The notes under the pieces were generated by a model, which was not told where the DNA came from, did no database searches, and saw only the letters and a list, made by a program, of their open reading frames with translations. A stretch of DNA of 64,000 nt from an uncultured Flavobacteriaceae bacterium (lineage in GTDB: Bacteria; Bacteroidota; Bacteroidia; Flavobacteriales; Flavobacteriaceae), in NCBI GenBank assembly GCA_938082715.1, contig CALKCR010000023.1, positions 33,204 to 97,203 of the forward strand, read 5' to 3'. Each line of letters starts with the position of its first letter. The first letter of the stretch is position 1. Below are positions 40,934 through 49,198 of the stretch, one piece after another. The position numbers and the translations under genes were made by a program.

Positions 40934-41341
40934 TCAATGCTCGCTGTAAAACCTTTTGTAATAATATCTTTTGCCTTGATGCTCAAGAACCAGTTTGTTT
41001 TCATTTAACTCAACGATCTTTTCCTGCCATTGATCCCAACCTGTCTGAAAGCCTAAATAACAATTTTTATCCTTAAAGATAACCTTAAAGTTATTTAAAT
41101 CTTCGGTGACCAAGAATTTATTATCCAATTGAGGTTGTACTTTTTTTCTGACCCCCTCTCGTTCATTCACTTCGTAAAAATCCAATAGCTTGGCCGCACC
41201 TTTGGGGTAAAAAGTTTCATTCTTATGGGTGATGTATTCAATATTCCAATATCCATTGAGCAGGTCGATATCGCTTGGGGTAATTTGATTTTTACATCCC
41301 AAACACAAGATCAGTAAACAGAGGATAATAGACCTGTACAT
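40934..41341 (-). CDS. Small lipoprotein, lipocalin-like, function unknown
   Basis: Lipobox LILCLGC; 135 aa; compact operon position between recF and DUF721. Confidence 0.45.
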   Translation of the reverse strand: MYRSIILCLLILCLGCKNQITPSDIDLLNGYWNIEYITHKNETFYPKGAAKLLDFYEVNEREGVRKKVQPQLDNKFLVTEDLNNFKVIFKDKNCYLGFQTGWDQWQEKIVELNENKLVLEHQGKRYYYKRFYSEH

Positions 41342-41344
41342 TCG

Positions 41345-42427
41345 CTAGCTAAGGATAAATATTTCGTAAGCAGAGGAACTCATTTCCAATGCAGCTTTGA
41401 TTCTGTCCTTGTGGGTATCCGAGATAAATATTTGACCAAGACTTTCGTTGTCGAACAATTGTATGGTTTGGGTGACCCTATCTTGATCCAATTTGTCAAA
41501 AATATCGTCCAGCAGCACTATGGGATTCATGCCGGATTTTTCCTTGATAAAGTCAAATTGTGCCAGTTTGAGTGCAATCAGAAAAGTTTTCTGTTGCCCT
41601 TGACTGCCGAATTTTTTGATGGGCATTCCTAAGATGAGTAAATCCAAGTCATCTTTGTGAATACCAACAGAGGTGAATTGAAGTACTTTGTCTTTCTCTA
41701 AATTGTGATCCAGTAGATCAGACATTTTATATTCTCCGAGATCTGATGCATATCGAATATCCACTTCTTCGGCTCCATTGCATATGCTTAGGTATCTTTT
41801 TGTAAAAATGGGTATAAACACCTCCATGAATGCTTTTCTCTTTTCGTGAATGGGATGGGCTAATTCACTCATTTGATGGTTGTAAATGGCCAAAGTGTCT
41901 CCATCAAAAGTCCGGTTTTGAGCAAAAAACTTCAGTAGGGCATTGCGTTGTGCCAGTATTTTGTTGTAGTCGGATAGAATTTTTAAATAGGTTTTATCGG
42001 TTTGTCCAATGACACCATCGATAAACTTTCTTCTGGTGCTACTGCCTTCAATGATCAAATTTCGATCTGCGGGTGAAATGATCACCAAGGGAATCAACCC
42101 AATGTGCTCCGCAATTTTATCGTAGATTTTACCATTTCTTTTAATAGTCATTTTTTGACCTTTTTTGAGGCTGCAATTGATTTTTTCCGCTTTACCTGCT
42201 TTGTCGAATTTTCCTTCAATCAAAAAAAACTCCTTCCCAAATTGAATGTTTTGAACTCCGGAGGGGTTAAAATAACTTTTGGTAAAGGCCAAATGGTAGA
42301 TGCTGTCCAAAATATTTGACTTTCCGATTCCATTATTGCCAATAAAACAGTTGATAGGTGCCTTAAAATCGAATTGAGAGGCCTCTATGTTTTTGTAATG
42401 GGTAAGGGTCAATTGCTTTAAAAACAT
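41345..42427 (-). CDS. recF: DNA replication and repair protein RecF
   Basis: Walker A GNNGIGKSNILD, signature GSQGQQKT, Walker B VLLDDIFDKLD; 360 aa. Confidence 0.9.
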   Translation of the reverse strand: MFLKQLTLTHYKNIEASQFDFKAPINCFIGNNGIGKSNILDSIYHLAFTKSYFNPSGVQNIQFGKEFFLIEGKFDKAGKAEKINCSLKKGQKMTIKRNGKIYDKIAEHIGLIPLVIISPADRNLIIEGSSTRRKFIDGVIGQTDKTYLKILSDYNKILAQRNALLKFFAQNRTFDGDTLAIYNHQMSELAHPIHEKRKAFMEVFIPIFTKRYLSICNGAEEVDIRYASDLGEYKMSDLLDHNLEKDKVLQFTSVGIHKDDLDLLILGMPIKKFGSQGQQKTFLIALKLAQFDFIKEKSGMNPIVLLDDIFDKLDQDRVTQTIQLFDNESLGQIFISDTHKDRIKAALEMSSSAYEIFILS

Positions 42428-42432
42428 GAATG

Positions 42433-42465
42433 CAAATATAGTTTGGTTGAGAAAGGTAAAACAAA
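42433..42465 (-). promoter_or_regulatory. Bacteroidota sigma-A promoter for recF
   Basis: On the minus strand: TTTG-N21-TATATTTG, with the final G 5 nt before the recF ATG. Confidence 0.55.
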
Positions 42466-42509
42466 ATTTAAATTTATTTTATGCTCTGATTTCCATTATT
42501 TGATGAGTT

Positions 42510-42540
42510 TTTGGTTTTGCCCTAAAAAAGGTTAATTTTG
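42510..42540 (+). promoter_or_regulatory. Bacteroidota sigma-A promoter for the TPR-ribH operon
   Basis: TTTG-N19-TAATTTTG, with the final G 19 nt before ATG 42560. Confidence 0.55.
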
Positions 42541-42559
42541 GGGACTTAAAAAAACACAA

Positions 42560-43324
42560 ATGGCAACCTACAAAAAGAGAGGTTATAAAAAATCGATTGC
42601 ACCCGGTTCCGAAAAACAGTTGGAAGTGGAAAGTACAACTGCAGAGGTTTTTGAAAAATTAGACTCTACTGCATCTCGAACAGAGGAGTGGATCTCCAAA
42701 TTTCAAAATTTTATTTTGGCGGGTGTCGCGATTATTGCATTATCAGTATTGTCCTACTTGGGCTACCAGAGCTATATCTTCGAACCCAAAAAAATGGAGG
42801 CTGTCAGTGAATTAACTCAAGCGCAGTATTATTTTGAGTTGGCCTTAAATGGTCAAGAATCTGATTCTTTGTTTCGCAGAGCCCTTAATGGTGGGGAAGG
42901 AAAGTACGGTTTTTTGGACATCATCGACAACTATGGAGGAACACCTGCTGCCAAATTGGCCACCTACAGTGCTGGTATGGCTTACCTCAACTTGGGGGAT
43001 TATGTCAATGCCATCGAATACCTCGATCAATTTGATACAGACGATGTGATGTTGAAAGCTCTGGCCAAAGGTGCCATCGGGGACGCTTTCGCTCAAATAG
43101 GCCAGCCAGAAGATGCTTACGATTATTATGTTGCCGCTTTTGAATCTAGTGACAATTCTTTTAGTGCACCCAAATACCTTTTTAAAGCGGGGGTTTTGGG
43201 TACCTCTTTGGGTAAAAACAATGCAGCACTTCGCTATTTCAAAAAGATACAATCCCACTATCCTGATTCGTCAGAAGCTAGCAAGGTTGAAGTACAAATA
43301 GGTCTATTGGAAAACCTCAATTGA
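42560..43324 (+). CDS. Membrane-anchored tetratricopeptide-repeat protein (YfgM-like)
   Basis: One TM helix (ILAGVAIIALSVLSYLGY) followed by TPR-like helices; 254 aa. Confidence 0.6.
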   Translation: MATYKKRGYKKSIAPGSEKQLEVESTTAEVFEKLDSTASRTEEWISKFQNFILAGVAIIALSVLSYLGYQSYIFEPKKMEAVSELTQAQYYFELALNGQESDSLFRRALNGGEGKYGFLDIIDNYGGTPAAKLATYSAGMAYLNLGDYVNAIEYLDQFDTDDVMLKALAKGAIGDAFAQIGQPEDAYDYYVAAFESSDNSFSAPKYLFKAGVLGTSLGKNNAALRYFKKIQSHYPDSSEASKVEVQIGLLENLN

Positions 43325-43797
43325 TGGCTACTGCCAATAACAGTCTCTCCCAATACGATCGTTCTAAAGTTCCTGACGGTAATAATATACGAATAGCCCT
43401 GATTGTGTCAGAGTGGAATCAAGAAATAACCGAAGCTCTTTTTCAGAGAGCCAAAAACACATTGGTCGATCACAACGTTTCCTTAAAAAATATTGTTAGA
43501 GTTGATGTTCCCGGTAGTTTTGAGTTGATCTATGGTGCCAGTAGCGCTCAGCGAATGGATTTTGACGCCATCATTGCTATTGGATGCGTTATTCAGGGGG
43601 AAACAAGACATTTTGAATTCATTTCAAATGCCGTTGCTCAAGGAATAAAAGACCTGAACCTCAATGGAAAAGCACCGGTAGTGTTTTGTGTATTGACGGA
43701 TGATACCATTGAACAATCCAAGGCCAGGAGTGGTGGTGCTAAAGGGAATAAAGGGGTGGAGGCAGCTGTTACCGCTTTGAGGATGATCAACCTATAG
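43324..43797 (+). CDS. ribH: 6,7-dimethyl-8-ribityllumazine synthase
   Basis: RIALIVSEWNQEIT, VPGSFELIYG, GCVIQGETRHFEFI. ATG 43324 overlaps the upstream TGA by 1 nt; the listed TTG 43321 is less likely. Confidence 0.9.
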   Translation: MATANNSLSQYDRSKVPDGNNIRIALIVSEWNQEITEALFQRAKNTLVDHNVSLKNIVRVDVPGSFELIYGASSAQRMDFDAIIAIGCVIQGETRHFEFISNAVAQGIKDLNLNGKAPVVFCVLTDDTIEQSKARSGGAKGNKGVEAAVTALRMINL

Positions 43798-43810
43798 TTT
43801 TTCATTTATA

Positions 43811-43834
43811 AATTGCCCAAACCCAATGGCAATT
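43811..43834 (+). terminator. Weak hairpin downstream of ribH (possible terminator)
   Basis: AATTGCC-(10 nt)-GGCAATT followed by TCGTT. The T-tract is poor. Confidence 0.3.
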
Positions 43835-43860
43835 TCGTTCAATTTCGTTAAATTTGATTA
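43831..43860. repeat. Three tandem 10-bp repeats
   Basis: AATTTCGTTC / AATTTCGTTA / AATTTGATTA, head to tail with helical-turn periodicity, 31 nt upstream of ATG 43891. Confidence 0.75.
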
Positions 43861-43890
43861 CTTCTTGGCCCTATCATCAATTATCGACGC

Positions 43891-44178
43891 ATGAAGATCA
43901 GTCTTTTCAAACTCAAAAAAAACCGAAGATACAATTACACTCCCCGTTATTACAGTGGTAAGGAAGGTGGAAACCTTTATGATTTTGATTCTAAATTTTC
44001 GAAATATCGGGACACCTACAACCAGAATGACTTTGGTCAGCAGTGGCAAGATGCTCGCCTGAAGATGCGAACTCGAAACAACCGAGGAATTTCTACCCGA
44101 TTGGTAATCATCATCTTGATTTTGGTTTTGGCTTTTCTTTACGTTATTGATTTTGATTTATCCTTATTCAAAGGCTAA
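43891..44178 (+). CDS. Small hypothetical membrane protein
   Basis: 95 aa with a basic N-terminal half and one C-terminal TM helix (LVIIILILVLAFLYVI). Its stop overlaps the mutL start (TAATG). Confidence 0.4.
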   Translation: MKISLFKLKKNRRYNYTPRYYSGKEGGNLYDFDSKFSKYRDTYNQNDFGQQWQDARLKMRTRNNRGISTRLVIIILILVLAFLYVIDFDLSLFKG

Positions 44179-45962
44179 TGGCTGATATCATTTCGATTTT
44201 GCCGGACCATGTGGCCAACCAAATTGCTGCAGGTGAAGTCATTCAAAGACCAGCTTCTGTAGTCAAAGAGCTTATGGAAAACGCCATTGACGCTCAGGCT
44301 ACTGAAATCCAATTGCTGATCAATGGGGCCGGTAAAACCATGATTCAAGTCATCGATAATGGCATGGGTATGTCACCTAACGATGGAAGATTGGCATTTG
44401 AGCGTCATGCAACGTCTAAAATTAAATCTGCCGATGATTTGTTTTCCATTACATCCAAAGGATTTAGGGGGGAAGCTTTGGCTTCCATAGCCGCCATCGC
44501 TCAAGTGGAGGTTCATACCAAAAGGTCAGATGACGAAATGGCGACTTGCCTAAAAATATCGGGAAGCAAAGTAGAGGATCATGAAGTTTCTGTCGCCCCT
44601 ACCGGAACTTCCATTGCCGTAAAAAATCTTTTTTACAATGTACCCGCTCGTAGAAACTTCCTCAAGTCGGATAAAGTTGAATTGCGGCACATCATCGATG
44701 AGTTTCATCGGGTAGCCTTGACCTATCCGGAAGTGAAATTTACTTTTATGCAAAATGGCTCAGAACTTTTTGACTTACCGGCTGTAAATTTCAGAAAACG
44801 AATTGCCAATATTTTTGGAAACAAAATAGAGGAGAAATTAATTCCGGTAGAGGAAATGACCACCGTGGCGGGGATTGAAGGATTTATTGTAAAACCTGAA
44901 TTCGCCAAAAAATCCAGGGGTCATCAGTTCTTCTTTGTCAACAAACGTTTTATCAAGAGCCCATTTTTACACCATGCGGTGAGTTCTGCTTTTCAGGGTT
45001 TGTTGCGGGATCAATTTCATCCGGGTTATTTTGTCTACATGCAAATTGATCCAAAAACCATCGATATTAACATTCACCCTACAAAAACAGAGGTCAAGTT
45101 TGAAGAGGAGCGCAACCTCTATGCGATCATTAAATCAATGGTCAAACACAGTTTGGGGATGTTTCAAGCGGCTCCTGTTTTGGATTTTGAACGGGATCCC
45201 AGTTTGGACACCCTCTATAATTTTCAACAAAAGCCTCCTTCAAACATGCCCACGATTGAGGTTGACTCTAGTTTTAATCCTTTTAAAGATTCTGAAAAGG
45301 GCATTCCCAAAGCTTCAAAAAGTAGCTGGGAAAGCCTGTACTCCGGTTTGGAGATGCCGAATAATAACAGCGCTGATGAAGAGTTAAAACTCGCCATCGA
45401 ACAAGCTCCCAAGGTTTTTCAATTGCTGAGAAAGTTTATTGTGACCACGACCCGATCGGGCCTTTTGGTTATCGATCAACAAAGAGCGCATCAAAGAGTA
45501 TTGTATGAAAAATTTCTCACCAGTATTACCAAACGAGACATGGTCAGTCAACAATTGATCTTCCCCAAGGAGGTTGAATTAACACCACAACAAATTGCTT
45601 TGTTTGGGGAGTTGGAGGCCAATTTAAATGCAATGGGATTTGTGGTAAAACAAAAAGACAACCAACTTCACATTACTGGTATTCCAGCGATTTGTGATGA
45701 CAAACAGTTGGAACAGCTTTTTGAAGATGTATTTTCTCCCCCCGATGATCATGAGCAGGTTGCGAGTTTCAGCCAAGCGGATTATATGGCCAAAATTTTA
45801 TCTAAATCCCTATCAATTAAAGGAAACTTGACACTTTCTGTCCAAGAGCAACAGGCATTGGTCGATGATCTTTTTGCTTGTAAAGACACTTTGACCTGTC
45901 CTTTTAATCGTAAGATTTTTATTACTTTAGATAAAGAAGAATTAGAAAAGAAATTGTATTAA
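44178..45962 (+). CDS. mutL: DNA mismatch repair endonuclease MutL
   Basis: GHKL ATPase N terminus IAAGEVIQRPASVVKELMENAIDA, DNGMGM, GFRGEAL; 594 aa. Confidence 0.95.
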   Translation: MADIISILPDHVANQIAAGEVIQRPASVVKELMENAIDAQATEIQLLINGAGKTMIQVIDNGMGMSPNDGRLAFERHATSKIKSADDLFSITSKGFRGEALASIAAIAQVEVHTKRSDDEMATCLKISGSKVEDHEVSVAPTGTSIAVKNLFYNVPARRNFLKSDKVELRHIIDEFHRVALTYPEVKFTFMQNGSELFDLPAVNFRKRIANIFGNKIEEKLIPVEEMTTVAGIEGFIVKPEFAKKSRGHQFFFVNKRFIKSPFLHHAVSSAFQGLLRDQFHPGYFVYMQIDPKTIDINIHPTKTEVKFEEERNLYAIIKSMVKHSLGMFQAAPVLDFERDPSLDTLYNFQQKPPSNMPTIEVDSSFNPFKDSEKGIPKASKSSWESLYSGLEMPNNNSADEELKLAIEQAPKVFQLLRKFIVTTTRSGLLVIDQQRAHQRVLYEKFLTSITKRDMVSQQLIFPKEVELTPQQIALFGELEANLNAMGFVVKQKDNQLHITGIPAICDDKQLEQLFEDVFSPPDDHEQVASFSQADYMAKILSKSLSIKGNLTLSVQEQQALVDDLFACKDTLTCPFNRKIFITLDKEELEKKLY

Positions 45963-46702
45963 TGCGGAACGTTACTGAAACAGTAAAACACTTGCTGATC
46001 ATAAATGGAATTTTTTTCCTAGCTACCATCACCCTCGGCAATCAGGTATATGATTGGTTCGCATTACACTATCCCGAAAACCCAAAATTTGAGATCTGGC
46101 AACCCTTGACACATATGTTTATGCACGGGGATATTTCACATATTTTTTTCAATATGTTTGGGTTGTGGATGTTTGGTACCCCTTTAGAACAAATGTGGGG
46201 CAAACAAAAATTTATTTTCTTTTATCTGTCCACTGGTTTTGGTGCTGCCGCATTACAGCTTTTGTTGTATTATTATCAATTAGATCACGTCAACAGTGCT
46301 TTGAGGGATTATGGACTTACAGCCCCTCAAATCAGTTCTTTCTATCAAACTGCTGAATTGCCTAGCGCTGCCATTGATAAGATTGGAGAGGGACAATTGT
46401 CGGGTGCATTCAACGCCTTTCGTTCTGTAATGGTTGGCGCCTCGGGTGCTCTTTACGGTGTTTTGGTAGGTTTTGCAATGCTATTTCCCAATGCCCAATT
46501 GATGCTTTTGTTTCCTCCCATTCCCGTTAAAGCCAAGTTTTTGGTTCCCATTCTGATACTGGCGGATCTTTTCTTTGGTTTCTCCTCATACTCCATTGGC
46601 CCTATTGCTCACTTTGCCCATGTGGGTGGAGCCATTACTGGTTTGGCCATGATGTGGTATTGGAAGAAAAAAGAGTTCAATAACAATCGTTGGGATTTAT
46701 GA
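45962..46702 (+). CDS. Rhomboid family intramembrane serine protease (1)
   Basis: HMFMHGDISHIFFNM, catalytic GASGALYGV, HFAHVGGAITG. Confidence 0.85.
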   Translation: MRNVTETVKHLLIINGIFFLATITLGNQVYDWFALHYPENPKFEIWQPLTHMFMHGDISHIFFNMFGLWMFGTPLEQMWGKQKFIFFYLSTGFGAAALQLLLYYYQLDHVNSALRDYGLTAPQISSFYQTAELPSAAIDKIGEGQLSGAFNAFRSVMVGASGALYGVLVGFAMLFPNAQLMLLFPPIPVKAKFLVPILILADLFFGFSSYSIGPIAHFAHVGGAITGLAMMWYWKKKEFNNNRWDL

Positions 46703-47559
46703 GTTTTATGGATATTCTCAAATACCGCTTTGCCACTTTTTCCATTGCAGAAAAAATCATTTTGATCAATGTGGTTTGTTATTTGCTGCCCATGCTGCTC
46801 AATGTGCTTTTCTTTTTGTTCAATATTCCGTCTAGTGCCTATATCGATAGGCTTCAGCTTTCACCCAATCTTGGGACTTTTATCACAAGGCCTTGGACAT
46901 TGCTCACCTACAGTTTTATTCACAGTGGTTTTTTTCATTTATTGTGGAATATGGTACTTCTTTTTTATGCCGGGCGTTTGCTCCTCAATTTATTTCCGGA
47001 TCGCATTTTTATCAACAACTATTTTTTGGGAGTCATTTCCGGCGGGTTGATTTTTATAGGTAGTTATGCTCTGTTTCCTGTTTTTGCAGGGACCTATCCA
47101 CCAATGATCGGTGCCTCTGCAGGAGTGATGGCTGTATTCATATTCATTTGTACTTATACTCCGAATCAGGAGATTCGATTTTTCTTTGTTAACCTAAAAT
47201 TAAAATATCTGGGTCTTGCCTTCTTTTTCCTTGATTTGATTCAAATCCCCTATGGTAATGCGGGAGGTCATTTGGCGCATATTGGGGGAGCTGTATTGGG
47301 TTTTTTCTATGCTAGACAATTGGGGGTTGGCAGGGACATAGGCACAGGATTTGAAAATGTTTGGCAGGCTGTTTTTAAAAAAAAGCACCTTAAGACAGTT
47401 TACCGCGCTCCGCAGAACAAATCAACTACAACAAAAAAAAGTGACGACAGTAATCATCAAAATAAGATTGATGCTATTTTGGATAAAATCAGTAAGTCGG
47501 GTTATGATAGCCTCAGCAAGGAGGAAAAAGACTATTTGTTCAGAGCTAGAAAAGAATAA
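46690..47559 (+). CDS. Rhomboid family intramembrane serine protease (2) with a C-terminal cytoplasmic extension
   Basis: FIHSGFFHLLWNM, catalytic GASAGVMAV, HLAHIGGAVLG. Confidence 0.8.
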   Translation: MGFMSFMDILKYRFATFSIAEKIILINVVCYLLPMLLNVLFFLFNIPSSAYIDRLQLSPNLGTFITRPWTLLTYSFIHSGFFHLLWNMVLLFYAGRLLLNLFPDRIFINNYFLGVISGGLIFIGSYALFPVFAGTYPPMIGASAGVMAVFIFICTYTPNQEIRFFFVNLKLKYLGLAFFFLDLIQIPYGNAGGHLAHIGGAVLGFFYARQLGVGRDIGTGFENVWQAVFKKKHLKTVYRAPQNKSTTTKKSDDSNHQNKIDAILDKISKSGYDSLSKEEKDYLFRARKE

Positions 47560-47591
47560 TACCAAGGTTACGATTAAATAAGCCCTACACT

Positions 47592-48596
47592 ATGAAATTG
47601 AATTTTGTGTCTAAAGTTTTAATGCTGATCAATCTGGTTTTGCTGATACTTCAGCTTTTTCTGATGGATACTTTTTGGGATTTTTTCCAGTATCCATTTC
47701 TCAATTTGATGGTTCCTGTGATTGCAGTGATCAACTTGATTTTTTTTATTTTTTGGATCATCAAATTCAAATGGCCCTTCCTTCTTTTTGTTTTTTCGAT
47801 TTTGATTGGATTTAACGAGTGGGGAAAACTATACAAGTTTCCCAATAACGCCATCCCCATTTCCAATGGAATCAAAGTGATGAGTTTTAATGTTAGATTA
47901 TTCAATCGCTTTGAATGGATCGACTCCAATTCGGTTCCCGAATCGATTGAAAGTTTTATCAATAAAGAAAAGCCTGATCTGGTTTGTTTACAGGAGTATT
48001 CAAAAGAGTTGAGTCCAAAATTTAAAAATTATCCCCATCAATACATAGCCTCCTCAAAAAAGAACGGCCAAAATGGACTCTGTATTTTATCGAAATATCC
48101 AATAAAGAATCGAGGTCGACTGGATTTTGTGGATTCCAATAACAGTGCCCTTTATGCCGACTTTTATTACAAAAAAGACAGTATTAGAATTTATAATGTT
48201 CATCTGGAATCCTTGAGGATTAACCTAAAAGACACCCTTTTCACCCAAGAACATTCTCAAAAATTTGTAGATAGAATTCAGTCTGTAATTCAGAAACAGG
48301 AGCTGCAAATTGATCGATTTGAAAAAGTCGACCAAAAGAACAAATACCCAACCATTATTTGTACAGATTTGAACAACAATGCTTTTTCTAGGGTTTACAA
48401 ACGTTTAAAAGATGATCGTTTGGACGCTTTTGTTCTATCGGGTGACGGTTTGGGGGCAACCTATAAACTGGCTTATTTTCCCTTTCGAATCGATTTTATT
48501 TTTGCGGATCAAAAATTTAAAGTGATCAATTATAAGACCCATGACCTCAAGCTATCTGATCATAAGCCCATTTCAGCATTGCTGGAATGGAAATAA
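47592..48596 (+). CDS. Endonuclease/exonuclease/phosphatase (EEP) family membrane protein
   Basis: N-terminal TM helices, then EEP motifs (VMSFNV, DLVCLQE, YNVHLES, CTDLN, SDHKP). Confidence 0.75.
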   Translation: MKLNFVSKVLMLINLVLLILQLFLMDTFWDFFQYPFLNLMVPVIAVINLIFFIFWIIKFKWPFLLFVFSILIGFNEWGKLYKFPNNAIPISNGIKVMSFNVRLFNRFEWIDSNSVPESIESFINKEKPDLVCLQEYSKELSPKFKNYPHQYIASSKKNGQNGLCILSKYPIKNRGRLDFVDSNNSALYADFYYKKDSIRIYNVHLESLRINLKDTLFTQEHSQKFVDRIQSVIQKQELQIDRFEKVDQKNKYPTIICTDLNNNAFSRVYKRLKDDRLDAFVLSGDGLGATYKLAYFPFRIDFIFADQKFKVINYKTHDLKLSDHKPISALLEWK

Positions 48597-48598
48597 AA

Positions 48599-49198
48599 TC
48601 AATGATCAACTTGCCCAAGGTATTGCAAACTCTGAGGCCCTAAATTGAATAACAAGTCCAAGATGCTCAGGTTGTTTATAAACCCGTGTTTGGATTGAAA
48701 GACTTGTTGGTAGTGAGGGTTTTCTTTTTTAACTTCATGCTTTGCGATGATCAGATCATTAAACTCATCAGCAGTCTTTTCTTTAGGAAGGAGCTTCACT
48801 TCGGCATCTATAAGCGAAAGAACTTTTTGGATCAAAGCGATATTAAAATCCATTAGTTTTTCGAATTTTTGATGGTAAAAAGGGTGGAAATCATCTTCAT
48901 AAAACTCAAAAAAAGGGGAGGAGCGATAGGCTGCTTCGAGGGATTTCCAATGGTCTTTTTGCCAGCTATTTTCATAGTGTATGGCAACCGCCTCATCGAT
49001 TTGACGCTCTTTGGTTTTGCTGTGGACGATGGGGATAGTCAATTTTAGCTTTCCGTTGGCACCGTATATCTCTGTGCGATTCCGGAAGGTTTGCTTTTGG
49101 TAGGGGTTATGGGTAACCAAAGCGATTTCTTTTTGGGATACCACCCAAGCCATGTAGTGGATGTTGGGGAGGTATGCAGGACAAATTCCAGCCACCAT
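48599..49198 (-). CDS. WbqC family protein
   Basis: The YLPNIHYMAWV...QKQTFRNRTEIYGANGKLKLTIPI pattern is typical of WbqC-like proteins; 199 aa. Confidence 0.7.
   Translation of the reverse strand: MVAGICPAYLPNIHYMAWVVSQKEIALVTHNPYQKQTFRNRTEIYGANGKLKLTIPIVHSKTKERQIDEAVAIHYENSWQKDHWKSLEAAYRSSPFFEFYEDDFHPFYHQKFEKLMDFNIALIQKVLSLIDAEVKLLPKEKTADEFNDLIIAKHEVKKENPHYQQVFQSKHGFINNLSILDLLFNLGPQSLQYLGQVDH

Noticed and set aside
42428-42559. Possible FMN riboswitch upstream of the TPR-ribH unit, and a possible lysine riboswitch upstream of lysA (9731-9881).
   Set aside because: The spacers (132 and about 150 nt) are AT-rich and lack the conserved GC-rich helices of these riboswitch classes. A plain promoter fits better.
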